DNA of 64,000 nt, taken from contig CAWJMT010000010.1 of the NCBI GenBank assembly GCA_963844035.1, positions 1 through 64,000 of the forward strand. The letters run 5' to 3'. Numbering within the stretch: the first letter of the stretch is position 1; each line of letters opens with the position of its first letter. The notes beneath the pieces are model-generated. The model saw nothing but the letters and a program-made list of their open reading frames with translations, was not told the origin of the DNA and ran no database searches. The translations under genes were made by a program, and so were the position numbers. The DNA is from an uncultured Gemmatimonadales bacterium (GTDB lineage: Bacteria; Gemmatimonadota; Gemmatimonadetes; Gemmatimonadales; GWC2-71-9). Below, piece after piece: positions 10,866 through 22,549 of the stretch.

Positions 10866-11747
10866 ATGACCAAGGCGGCGCAGTTCGATCTGGACGATGG
10901 CGAAGCGTACCGGACGTGGCGCGCGCGCAAGCTGGCCGACCATCCACGGGACATCGGCGAACTGCTGGTAAGGGTCGACGATCCGCGCGCGCTGACCGCA
11001 GCCGAGCGGGCCGCGCTCATCGGCCGCTGCGCCGCGCCAACATGGCCATCTACGCCAGCCGCAGCGGCGACGATCCGGACAAGGAAATCCCGCGCCAGCT
11101 GGGCCGGCAGGTCGGCCTGCTGACCTCGACGGCAACTACCTCGCCGACGACGACGGCATTACGCCGCTCGCGGTGGCCGAGCGCGGCACGCGCGGCATAC
11201 ATTCCGTACACCATCGCGGCCGATCAAGTGGCACACCGACGGCTACTACAACCCGCCTGAGCGCCAGGTGCGCGCCATGCTGCTGCACTGCGTGCGAACG
11301 CGCGGACAGCGGCGGCGAGAATGACCTGCTCGACCACGAGATCGCCTACATCCTGCTGCGCGACGAGGATCCCGCAGCACATACGCGCGCTGATGGCGCC
11401 GGACGCCATGACCATACCGGCGCGCGACGAGGACGGGCGAAGTGGCACGCGGCGACAGCCGGGGCCGGTGTTCTCGGTGGATGCGGTCGGCTTCCTGCAC
11501 ATGCGCTACACCGCGCGCACCCTCAGCATCGACTGGAAGGACGACGCCGCGACGCACGCCGCGGTGGCGGCGCTTGGAGGCATCCTCGCCTCGGATTCGA
11601 CCCTACATCTTCCGCGGCCGCCTGGAACCGGGCATGGGGCTGGTCTGCAACAACGTGCTGCATGACCGCGCCGCGTTCACCGAGACGCCGCAACACAAGC
11701 GCCTCTACTACCGCGCCCGCTATTACGAGCGGGTCAGCGCCGTCTGA
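10866..11747 (+). CDS. TauD/TfdA-family dioxygenase-like protein, frameshifted
   Basis: YIPYT..IKWHTDGYYN (HxD), MLLHC, GGENDLLDHEIAYILLRD, HMRYTART, NNVLHDR. Confidence 0.8.
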
Positions 11748-11764
11748 TCCGCGGCAGAACTGTC

Positions 11765-11819
11765 GTAGGGCGGGCCGTGCCCGCCGATTCATAGGCGTGG
11801 CGGGCATGGCCCGCCCTAC
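11765..11819. repeat. GTAG-type REP pair (REPIN-like hairpin)
   Basis: GTAGGGCGGGCCGTGCCCGCC-N13-GGCGGGCATGGCCCGCCCTAC, intergenic inverted repeat. Confidence 0.75.
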
Positions 11820-11825
11820 AAGACC

Positions 11826-13279
11826 ATGAGCGAGAACGACACCTTTCACATGACGCCCGAGGAGTTCCGCCGCCACGGTCACGCGGTGGTGGACTGGATC
11901 GCGGACTACTACGAGCGCATCGAGTCGTTTCCCGTACTGTCGCGGGCGCAGCCCGGGCGAGGTGCGGGCCGCACTGCCGGCGGCCGCGCCGCAGCAGGGC
12001 GAGTCGTTCGAGGCCATGCTCGCGCGACGTCGACAAGCTGATTCTGCCGGGCATCACGCCACTGGCAGTCGCCCAATTTCTTCGCCTATTTCCCGGCCAA
12101 CAGCTTCGGGGCCGGCGATTCTTGGCGAACTGCTCTCGGCCGGCCTCGGCGTGCAGGGCATGCTGTGGGCGACGAGCCCGGCCTGCACCGAACTGGAGAC
12201 CCACGTGCTGGACTGGCTGGTCGATATGCTCGGGCTGCCGGCGAAGTTCAAGTCCGACGGACGCGGGCGGCGGCGTCATCCAGGACACGGCCTCGAGCGC
12301 CGCGCTGTGCGCGCTGCTGGCGGCGCGCGAGCGCGCCACCGGCCTTCGCCAGCAACCAGCGCGGCTGCAGCGGCGACCTGGTCGCCTACACCTCCACCCA
12401 GGCCCACTCGTCGATCGAGAAGGCGGTGAAGATCGCCGGCATCGGGCGCGACAACCTGCGCCTGATCGAGGTCGACGAGACGCTTCGCCATGCGGCCGGA
12501 CGCTGCTGCGCAGGCAGATCGCGCAGGACCGCGCAGCAGGGCTGGCTGCCCTTCTTCGTCTCCGCCACCGTCGGCACGACGTCGTCGAACGCGCATCGAT
12601 CCGCTCGCCGAGATCGGCCGCATCTGCCGGCGAGAAGGCTGTGGCTGCACGTCGACGCCGCCATGGCCGGCACCGCCGCGCTCTGCCCGGAGTTCCGCCA
12701 CATCCACGACGGCCTCGAGCTGGCCGACAGCTACTGCTTCAATCCCCACAAGTGGATGTTCACCAACTTCGACTGCGACTGCTTCTACGTCGCCGACCGC
12801 ACCGCGCTGATCAACACGCTCAGCATGCTGCCGGAGTACCTCCGGAACCAGGCCACCGAGTCCGGCGCGGTGATCGACTACCGCGACTGGCACGTCCCGC
12901 TGGGCCGGCGCTTCCGCGCGCTCAAGCTGTGGTTCGTGATCCGCCACTACGGCGTCGAGGGGCTGCGCCACCACGTCCGGCGGCACGTCGAGCTGGCGCA
13001 GGAGTTCGCGCGCTGGGTCGGGAGGATCGCGCCGCTTCGAGCTGGCCGCGCCGGCGCCGCTCAACCTGGTCTGCTTCCGCCACCGCGGCGGCGACGCTGT
13101 CAACAGAGCGTCTGCTGGACCGGCTGAACGCGAGCGGCCGGCTGTATCTGACGCATACCCGGCTGAACGCCCACTACACGCTGCGCATGTGCATCGGCCA
13201 GACATACACGGAGGAGCGGCACGTGCGGGCCGCGTGGAATCTGATCGAAGAGACGGCCGTCGCCCTGGAGAGCCCCTGA
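11826..13279 (+). CDS. PLP-dependent aromatic-L-amino-acid decarboxylase, frameshifted
   Basis: MTPEEFRRHGH, HWQSPNFFAYFP, SPACTELE, LHVDAAMAG, FNPHKW (PLP Lys), LGRRFRALKLW. Confidence 0.95.
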
Positions 13280-13325
13280 GCACCTTCTGCGAGGGGCGCC
13301 GCAGCCGGTGCGAACTTGCCGTCGC

Positions 13326-14522
13326 CTAGTGGCGCGCGGTAACGATGCGGTTGCGGCCGCCGCGTTTCGCGTCGTACATGCGCCGGTCGGCGATCTCCAG
13401 CAGGTCGTGCCAGGTGGCTGCGCCGTCCTGAAGGCGCTCGGCGACGCCGAATGATGCGGTCACCGTCTGGTTGTCGGGCCGGTTGCCGAGGCCGGCTGCG
13501 CGCACGCGTTCCAGGGCGGCGACCGCCTGATCGGCCTGAGTGTTGGGCAGGATCAGAATGAATTCCTCGCCGCCCCAGCGCGCCAGCACGTCGCCGGTGC
13601 GCAGGGTGGCGCGCAGGCGGCGCGTGGCCTCGATCAGCACCTGGTCGCCGACGTCGTGGCCGAACTCGTCGTTCACCTTCTTGAAGCGGTCCAGATCGAT
13701 GAACGCCAGCGACAGGGGGGTGTCGGCGCGCAGCGAGATGATGAACTGCAGTTCGAGCAGTTCTTCCCCCGAATGGCGGGAGAAGGTGCCGGTGAGGCGG
13801 TCGCGGATGGCATCGCGCACCAGGGCGATCATGAATGCGAGCTGGGACAGTCCCGCCAGCATGCCCACGGTGGCGATGATGGCGAGCAACCAGAACTCCA
13901 CGGCGAACGACAGTGGGTTCATGTCCGGCCAACGCGCGATCGCCGCCAGCGCCTGCACGAGGAAGACCGCGGCGACGAAGGCCCCGTTCTCCGCCAGAGT
14001 GAGCGGAAAGATCGCCAGTCCGGCCACCAGCGCGAAGGGCAGGAAGTTGTAGCCGGACACCATCGCTGCCGGCAGGCCCGTAAGGGCGTAGCGGTGCAGG
14101 AAGAAGTAGCTGAAGATGTAGAACACGATCGGGATCCCGATCAGGATCGCGAGGGAACGGTGCACCGCCGCCATGTTATCGGAGCGATCGTAGGCGATCA
14201 CCAGCGCCATGAATCCGAGGGTGGCGAACATGCGCCCGACCGCGATGCCGAGCCAGACCGGCCACGGCAGGGTCAGCATGTCCACGATGATCCACAGCGG
14301 CGTGATGATGGCGAAGAGCGAGGCGATGAACAGGATGCGCGAACTGATCATGGTCGCGCGGCGCCTCGCCAGCAGCGAGATATGGCCGGCCGGCGACACC
14401 AGCCAGCCAGCTGCTGCCCTCGGAGCCTCGGCGAACAGCTGCGACCAGATGCGGATCCAGAATTGGCCAGACATCGCCTTGAGACCGCGTAATGCGGGCG
14501 TCATTGGTGTTGCGGAGCGCAT
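13326..14522 (-). CDS. membrane-anchored diguanylate cyclase
   Basis: Several TM helices, DLDRFKKVNDEFGHDVGD, ARWGGEEF. Confidence 0.95.
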   Translation of the reverse strand: MRSATPMTPALRGLKAMSGQFWIRIWSQLFAEAPRAAAGWLVSPAGHISLLARRRATMISSRILFIASLFAIITPLWIIVDMLTLPWPVWLGIAVGRMFATLGFMALVIAYDRSDNMAAVHRSLAILIGIPIVFYIFSYFFLHRYALTGLPAAMVSGYNFLPFALVAGLAIFPLTLAENGAFVAAVFLVQALAAIARWPDMNPLSFAVEFWLLAIIATVGMLAGLSQLAFMIALVRDAIRDRLTGTFSRHSGEELLELQFIISLRADTPLSLAFIDLDRFKKVNDEFGHDVGDQVLIEATRRLRATLRTGDVLARWGGEEFILILPNTQADQAVAALERVRAAGLGNRPDNQTVTASFGVAERLQDGAATWHDLLEIADRRMYDAKRGGRNRIVTARH

Positions 14523-14702
14523 GGGGCAGGGGAAGTGCCGCGTTACGCCATGTTTTCGGCGCCTAGCGTGCCTCTAAGGTCATGTTTTCTCGATGACTTA
14601 CTTCACGTTTCCGCGGGCCCGTCCGATCCGGGCGGCACAAAGTCACGTCTGCGGCGGGGCGCCGCGACAGGCGAACCGCACGGCAGGCCGGAGCAGGAGG
14701 CG

Positions 14703-15900
14703 TCACTCCGGATTCTTCGCGGCGATACCCCACACCGCATAGATGGGATCGGAAAAGGGCATCACGCGGGCGTACTTGTCGTCCGGCGGGCGCGGCAGGT
14801 CCCGCACCGACTCGGTCGCCAGTGCGGTGAATCCGTCGCAGAGGCGAAAGTAGTCGAGTACCAGGCCCATGCGTTCGAAGGGGTGCAGCTCGGCCCAGAT
14901 GCGCACGACCTTGGGCGGGAACCAGCGCTCGGAGAAGGTGACGACGAACGGTGCGCCGCGCTTCAGGACGCGGGCCACCTCGCGGAATACCGCCGATGGC
15001 CGGGTGAGGTATTCCACCGATACGGTGGGCACAGGGCGGTATCGAATTCTCCGTCGCCGAACGGAAGCACCGGATCGAGGTTGAGATCGCGGACCACGCG
15101 GTGCACCAGCCGCGAATTACGTTCCAGTTCTTCCCGATTCATTCCCAGCCCCGTCACCCGCAATCCGTCGATGTGCCCGGGCAGGTGCGAGGTCCAACTG
15201 CTCATCAGATCCAGCACCGCCATGCCCGGAACGAGAAGGCGGCCGTACAGTTCGCGCACGCGCTCCATGGCGGTGGCGTCGAGGTGATGCACCAGCCGCG
15301 GCGCCCGGTAGAACAGCGTGTCGTCCCTCTCGTCGCTGCGGGCGAACGGATTGTCGGAGAAGAAGTCGGTATCGCCCGCCGCCGCCGCCGCCGGCGCCTG
15401 CATGCCGGGGCCGTTGTCGGCCAGCGCGGCGGCGATGTTCCGGACCGGCTCGCCGGGCCCATCGACGCTGCCGGACTGCGGCAGCGGGGTGATTTCGACG
15501 GTCAGCGGGACTCCGGCGAGGGGATGGTTCAGGTCGGCTTCGAACCGGTCCGCGTCGCGGCCGGTGCAGCGAAAGCCGCGGCGCTCGCCGGGTGAAACGT
15601 CGGGCACGCCGAGGAGCAGGCTGCGGGGTAGAAGCGGCCGGACCGCAGCTCGATCGGCACGCCGTTCAGGCTCACGCGCTTGAACTGTTCGCTGCGCAGG
15701 CTGCGACGCAGTCGCGCGTCGAGATCGGGCAGCGCCTCGCCCGGTTTCATCTCGATCGATACGGTCCCCGCCCGCCGCGCAGTGCGCAAGGCGCTCGGCG
15801 AGGTCGCCGGGCAAGTCATGGCGGCGCAAGTCGGCGGCGGCGGTGAGACGCGCAATCGCAGTGGCTGGCATGGCGGCTGCGCCAGCGCAGTGCCGCCTCG
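14703..15900 (-). CDS. SAM-dependent methyltransferase with SlyD/FKBP-like N-terminal region, frameshifted
   Basis: DLNHPLAG, FYRAPRLVHHLD, VLDLMSSWTSHLP, GLGMNREEL, VSVEYLTRP, TFSERWFPPK. Confidence 0.85.
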
Positions 15901-15910
15901 ACTTTCGCAT

Positions 15911-16998
15911 TCAAGCGTCGATGGGCGCGTCGCGGAGTCGCTCCGCGGCCGCCTCCGGGCTGATGGTGTTGACGAACAGGCCGGAGCCGAGTTCGAAGCC
16001 GGTGGGTATGCTGGTGCGCGGGCAGATTTCCAGGTGCCAGTGGTAGCTGGCGCCGCAGTCGGCTTCGTGCCGTCGTGCGGCACCGAGTGCAGGAAGTAGT
16101 TGTACTGGGCGCCGCCGATCACCGCGTCCAGGCGCGCCATGGTGCGGCGCAGGACGCGCGCCAGGTCGGCGAGATCTTCCGGGGTGATGGCGAGAAAATC
16201 GCTCTGGTGGGCCAGCGGCAGGATGTGCACCTCCCACTCGTAGCGGCTGGCGAAGGGTTTGATGGCGATGAACTTCTTGCCGCGCTCGATCACGAACTGG
16301 CCGACGTTGATCTTGCGCCGGATCTCGCCGGAGTCGCGGTCGTACAGCGTGGCCTCGAAGGTCAGCGCCTCGTCGATCAGGGTGCAGAAGATGCAGTGAT
16401 GGTGCTTCTCGTAATAGAGCCGGCTGTTCTCGACCTCGTCCTGCGACGTTCTCCGGCACCACCGGCATGGCGATGAACTGGCTGTGGGTGTGGGCGATGC
16501 GCGCGCCGGCGGCCGGGCCGAAGTTCTTGAACACCAGTACGTAGCGCAGACGCGGGTTGGATTGGTAGAGCTGCTCCATGCGCGCTGCGGTAGGTGCGAC
16601 AGGAGCAGTGCAGATGTTCCTCGCTCATCTCGTGCACCGCGATGCCGTGCTGGTGGTGGTCGATGATCACCTCGTGCCGGCCGTAGCCGTCGATGGTCTG
16701 CTGCAGACCGAAGGTCAAGTTCGGGTTCTCGCGGTCGTCGCCCAGCACCGGGTAGAGATTCTCGACGATGCGCAGTTGCCAGGGCTCGCCCTCCGGGTAG
16801 GTGCGCGATCGCCGGCGGCGTCTTGTGCTCGTTGCCCACGCAGAACGGGCAGGTGTCGACATGCGCGCGCGTGTCGCGCGGCGCCGGCGCCTCGGCCTTC
16901 TTCGGGCGCATGCTGCGCGCCGTGGCCACCAGCACCGATTCGCTCGGCACGATGGGATTGATGCGGATCTCGCGGGTTTCGCTCGCTTGCTCGGTCAT
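15911..16998 (-). CDS. GalT-family nucleotidyltransferase, probably APS:phosphate adenylyltransferase (ADP sulfurylase), frameshifted
   Basis: CPFC, ENLYP, GYGRHEVIID, FKNFGPAAG..IAHTHSQ (HxHxQ), YHWHLEICPR, GFELGSG; sulfur-oxidation neighbourhood. Confidence 0.8.
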
Positions 16999-17147
16999 CT
17001 GCTGCTCCGGTTCGTCGCCGCGCGCCGCGCGGCATTGCGGGAGGCAATTAGATCATCGGCGGATACACCGCGGGCGAAGATTCCTCTATCGACGGATACG
17101 CAGGCGTAATGCGCCGGGAGGCTCGCCCGGCCCCGCGAATGCGACTC

Positions 17148-17471
17148 TCAGCGGACTCTGGCTTGCTGCGCCTTGCACACCGACTGCGGGCAGGGGAAGT
17201 GGTAGTACTTGTCGTTGAGGTAGCGCGCGACCTCGTTGATTTCCTCGTCGGTCCAAGCGGCGCAGAGTTCCCTGTTCCAGCGCGCGACGAAGGCGCGAAT
17301 GTGGTCGAAGGTGCGGGCGCTGCGTGGATCGCGGCTATGCACGCTGAGGTCGTGGCACTTGTCGCAACGGGATTCGTACAGTGCCTTGCCGCGGCCGGTG
17401 TCGGCGGCTCTGCCCGGGGTCGTGGCAAACAGCAGGGATAGGGCGACTAAGGCAACGGACAGGCATCGCAT
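17148..17471 (-). CDS. small monoheme cytochrome c
   Basis: Signal peptide, GKALYESRCDKCH, YLNDKYYHF. Confidence 0.85.
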   Translation of the reverse strand: MRCLSVALVALSLLFATTPGRAADTGRGKALYESRCDKCHDLSVHSRDPRSARTFDHIRAFVARWNRELCAAWTDEEINEVARYLNDKYYHFPCPQSVCKAQQARVR

Positions 17472-17607
17472 GGCGTGCTCCAGTTTTTCGGGTCCATGGC
17501 GAATGGTAAGCCAAGTTGCGCCGCGCAGAGCCGACGCCACGGGCGCCGCCGGCGAAAAAGAAAACGGCCCGCAGCGAAGGGGCAGTCCGTGCGTCGGGGC
17601 GGAGCGG

Positions 17608-17937
17608 TCAGACCTGTTCGCTCAGATCCACGACCTTGGCGTCGGCCGCATTCTTCTTCACCGAAGCGATGCCGCCTTCCATCGAGGCGGCGGAAGCATA
17701 CATCTCGCTCCTGCCGATCACCTCCCCGTTGGCCGCGCTGAGAACGAAGTACGGTTCTCCCTTGGCCGAGGTCTTGCGTTCGAAGCGGGCTTCGTCGGCG
17801 GCGTTCTTCTGCACCGACGCGATGCCGTTCTCGGCGTCCGCCTTGACCTTGTACATGCCGCTCGAAAGAATCACTTCGCCGTTCCCTGCCTTCAAGTTGA
17901 AGTGGAACTGTCCGTTCGTGGCCTTCTTCAATTCCGC
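17608..17937 (-). CDS. yegP: YegP/DUF1508 family protein, N-terminus cut by a junction
   Basis: Two repeats FNLKAGNGEVILSS / FVLSAANGEVIGRSEMY..GIASVKKNA. Confidence 0.9.
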   Translation of the reverse strand, partial: AELKKATNGQFHFNLKAGNGEVILSSGMYKVKADAENGIASVQKNAADEARFERKTSAKGEPYFVLSAANGEVIGRSEMYASAASMEGGIASVKKNAADAKVVDLSEQV

Positions 17938-17939
17938 AT

Positions 17940-19557
17940 TCCGCCAGCAGTCTCCCATCTACCTGGGCGACATCGCCGACGTCCGCGAGGGGATGGTGGA
18001 CCGCACGTCGCTCATCACCGGCAACGGACAGCCGGCGGCCGTCGTCAGCGTCGCGCGGCAGATTCAGGGCAACATCCTGTCGATTGCCCAGGGCGTGGAG
18101 CAGGCGCTGCGCGACAACGCCGCCTCGCTGCCGCCTGCGCTGCGCATCACGAAGGTGTACGACCTGGCCGCGTTCGTAGCCGAGGCGGTCCGGAGCGTCG
18201 GCGAGGCCATCGTCATCGGCGGGTTGCTGGCGATTTTCGTGCTGCTCGCGTTCCTCCGCGACTGGCGCGCGACGTTCGTCGCGGCGACGATGCTGCCGCT
18301 GACAATCGTCGGGACGTTCTTCGCCCTGCGTCTCACGGGCGGGACGATCAATCTGATGTCGATGGGGGGCCTCGCGGTCGCCATCGGGCTCGTCGTGGAC
18401 GATGCCATCGTCGTGGTTGAGAACATCCACAGGCACCTGGCAGCGGGCGAGCCGCCGGATGCCGCCGTCGAGCGCGGGACGAACGAGCTCGTGGCGGCCG
18501 TCGTGGGATCGACGCTGACGACCGTGGTCGTGTTCATCCCGCTGGGGCTACTGCAGGGCATGGTCGGTCAGTTCTTCGCGGCGCTCTCGCAGACGCTGTC
18601 GGCGGCGGTGCTGCTGTCGCTCGTGTACGCGCTGCTGTTCATCCCGATTCCGGCGCTCCGCCTGCTGAGGCCACATGCCGGGGAGCGGCGGGAGACCGGT
18701 TGGCTCGGCCGGCGGTACGAAGCTGTGCTGCGGGCGGCGCTCGACTGGCCTGCTCTGGTCGTCGCCGTGACGCTCGCGGTTGCCGTGGCGGGAGGGTTGC
18801 TGTACTTCAGGCTGGAGACCGGATTCCTTCCCGAGATGGACGAGGGCGGGTACGTCATCGACTACTGGACGCCGCCCGGCACCTCGTTGCCCGAGAGCGA
18901 CCGCATGGTCAAGCGGATCGAGAACGTGCTCGCGAAGACGCCCAGATCGCCAGCTTCACGCGGCGGACGGGCACCGAGATGGGCATGTTCGCAACGGAGC
19001 AGAACCGCGGCGACATCCTCGTGCGGCTCAAACCTCGGCGCCAGCGGGAGAAGAGCTCCGCGGATCTGATCGCCGAAGAGCGCGAGCAGTTCGCGAAAGA
19101 GATGTCGGGGATGACGATCGAGTTCGTGCAGATCCTGCAGGACATGCTCGGCGATCTCGAAGGCGCGCCGGAGCCGGTCGAGGTGAAACTGTACGGCGAC
19201 GACACCGGCACGCTCGAGGCGCTCGCCACCCGCGTGAGCGACAAGCTGAAGAAGATCGAGGGCCTCGTGGACGTCGTCCAGCCGCTCCGCGGTAACCCGG
19301 AGCTCGAAGTCCGCGTCGATCCGACGCGCGCCGCGAAGGCCGGGTTCACGGCGCAGGATGTGTCGACGCAGCTGGCGAACGGCCTGCTCGGTAATGTCGC
19401 GACCGAGGTGCGCAGGTCGGACCGGCTGGTCGATCTGCGGATCCGCTATCCCGACGCGTACCGGTTCAACCCCGACTGGATTCGCGAGGACCCGCTCGTC
19501 TCGCCGTCGGGCGCGGTCGTGCCGTTGTCGGCGGCGGCGGATGTCACGCCGATCGAT
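17940..19557 (+). CDS. RND efflux permease (AcrB/CusA family) internal fragment
   Basis: LGDIADV, INLMSMGGLAVAIGLVVDDAIVVVENI, STLTTVVVFIPL, TGFLPEMDEG; truncated at both ends. Confidence 0.9.
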
Positions 19558-19559
19558 GC

Positions 19560-22548
19560 TGGCGGTCTACACACAGACAATAACAGTCACGGACAATACG
19601 AGGCCGACGTGGACGACGGTTGCCGGTAACCTTGACCGTACGGTATCGTGCAGTGACGGAGCAGGTCTTACGGCAGCACAGGCCCTTGCACCAGTAGCAA
19701 CAGTAGACTGCGATGTAACGTTAACACCGGTAAAGACGGCAGGATTTGTTTGCAGCCGGTACGTGTCCTACAGGCAGGTACATACACAAACACATGGACT
19801 GTATCGGATGACTGTGGTAATGCAGTACTGGCGGTCTACACACAGACGATAACCATTATAGATACTACCTCACCGACGTGGACCACAGCAGCCAATGCAC
19901 TTGATGTTACTCTTGAGTGCAGTGACGGAGCAGGACTGACAGCAGCGCAGGGGATGTTCCCGGTGGCAACGGATAACTGTGATACGGATGTCACGAACAT
20001 AGTCAAAGTAACGGGAGCTTACATACCGGGTGCTACCTGTCCCGAGGCAGGGAGTTACACGAACGCCTGGACAGTAACAGATGCATGCGGTAATGTTAGT
20101 GCAGTATACACGCAGACAATCACCATTATAGATACCACCTCACCGACGTGGACCACAGCAGCCAATGCACTTGATGTAACTCTGGAGTGCAGTGACGGAG
20201 CAGGACTGACAGCAGCGCAGGGGATGTTCCCTGTGGCAACGGATAACTGTGACCCGGATGTAACGAACATAGTGAAGGTAACGGGAGCTTACATACCGGG
20301 TGCTACCTGTCCCGAGGCCGGTAGTTACACGAACACCTGGACGGTAACAGATGCATGCGGTAATGTTAGTGCGGTATACACGCAGACAATCACCATTATA
20401 GATACTACCTCACCGACGTGGACCACAGCAGCCAATGCACTTGATGTAACTCTTGAGTGCAGTGACGGAGCAGGACTGACAGCAGCGCAGGGGATGTTCC
20501 CGGTGGCAACGGATAACTGTGATACGGATGTCACGAACATAGTCAAAGTAACGGGAGCTTACATACCGGGTGCTACCTGTCCCGAGGGGTAGGGAGTTAC
20601 ACGAACACCTGGACGGTAACTGATGCTTGTGGCAATGTTAGTGCAGTATACACGCAGACAATCACCATTATAGATACTACCTCACCTGACGTGGACCACA
20701 GCAGCCAATGCACTTGATGTTACCCTTGAGTGCAGTGACGGAGCAGGACTGACGGCAGCACAGGGGATGCTCCCAGTGGCAACGGATAACTGTGATACGG
20801 ATGTAACGAACATAGTTAAGGTATCTGGAGCATACATACCGGGTGCGACCTGCCCCGAGGCAGGGAGTTACACGAACACCTGGACGGTAACAGACGCTTG
20901 TGACAACGTTAGTGCAGTGTACACGCAGACAATCACCATTATAGATACTACCTCGCCGACCTGGACCACAGCAGCCAATGCACTTGATGTTACCCTTGAG
21001 TGCAGTGACGTTGCAGGACTGGCAGCAGCACAGGCAATGTTCCCAGTGGCGACTGATAACTGTGATACGGATGTCACGAACATAGTCAAAGTAACGGGAG
21101 CTTACATACCGGGTGCGACCTGTCCCGAGGCCGGTAGTTACACAAACACCTGGACGGTAACAGACGCTTGTGGCAACGTAAGTGCAGTCTACACACAGAC
21201 AATCACCATTATAGATACTACCTCACCGACGTGGACCACAGCAGCCAATGCACTTGATGTTACTCTCGAGTGCAGTGACGCAGGAGGCCTTACAGCAGCA
21301 CAGTTGATGTTCCCTGCAGCGACGGATAACTGTGACACGGATGTGACGAACATCGTAAAGGTATCGGGAGCTTACGTAGCAGGAGCATTATGTCCCGAGG
21401 CAGGCAGTTACACAAACACATGGACAGTAACTGATGCCTGTGGTAATGTGAGTGCAGTATACACGCAGACAATAACAATCATAGATACCACTTCACCGAC
21501 CTGGACTACAGCAGTAAATGCACTTGATGTTACTCTCGAGTGCAGTGACGTGAGCAGGACTGACGGCAGCACAGGCAATGTTCCCTGTAGCGACGGATAA
21601 CTGTGACACAGATGTTACGAACATCGTAAAGGTATCGGGAGCTATACATACCAGGAGCATTATGCCCCGAGGCAGGGAGTTACACACACATGGACAGTAA
21701 CTGATGCATGTGGTAATGTGAGTGCAGTATACACGCAGACAATAACAATTATAGATACTACTTCACCGACGTGGACGACAGTAGCGGAAGCACTTGATGT
21801 AACCCTTGAGTGCAGTGATGTGGCAGGACTAGCGGCAGCACAGGCAATGTTCCCTGTGGCGACTGATAACTGTGACCGGATGTAACAAATATTATTAAAA
21901 CTTCGGTTGGTTTAGTAAATACATGGACGGTAACTGACGCATGCGGCAATGTTAGTGCAGTCTACACGCAGACAATCACTATTGTAGATACTACCCCACC
22001 GACGTGGACCACAGCAGCAGGAGCACTTGATGTAACGCTTGAGTGTAGTGACGTAGCAGGACTGGCCAGCGGCACAGTTGATGTTCCCTGTAGCAACGGA
22101 TAACTGTGACACGGATGTAACAAACATAATAAAGACTACCGGTGTATTTGTTGCGGGAGTTACTTGTCCTGAATCGGGGTCATATACAAACACATGGATC
22201 GTTTCTGATGACAGTGGTAATACAAGTTTGATCTACACGCAGACAATCACCATTATTGATACCACATCACCGACGTGGACCACATGTCACCGACTGCACT
22301 TGGATGTTACTCTTGAGTGCAGTGACGGAGCAGGACTAACGGCAGCACAGGCGATGTTCCCTGTGGCGACGGATAACTGTGACACAGATGTTACGAACAT
22401 CGTAAAGGTAACGGGAGCTTATGTAGCAGGAGCATTATGTCCGGAGGCAGGGAGTTACACAAACACATGGACAGTAACTGATGCATGCGGTAATGTTAGT
22501 GCAGTGTACACGCAGACAATCACCATTATAGATACTACCTCGCCGACG
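19560..22548 (+). CDS. fragment of a giant surface protein made of 90-aa HYR/Ig-like repeats (Bacteroidota-like)
   Basis: Repeats of [51 protein letters not shown]; several frameshifts; GC ~50%. Confidence 0.85.
19560..22548 (+). repeat. ~11 tandem copies of a ~270-bp coding repeat
   Basis: Period 270 (e.g. 19841, 20111, 20381), with mostly third-position differences. Confidence 0.95.
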
Positions 22549-22549
22549 C

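Noticed and set aside
17516..19069. RND permease with a novel N-terminus overlapping yegP
   Set aside because: The N-terminal part is antisense yegP, and both genes are truncated at the ~17937 join.
19560..22548. Possible CRISPR array to pair with the Cas6-like gene
   Set aside because: The 270-bp units are protein-coding with no unique spacers and lie in a different fragment.
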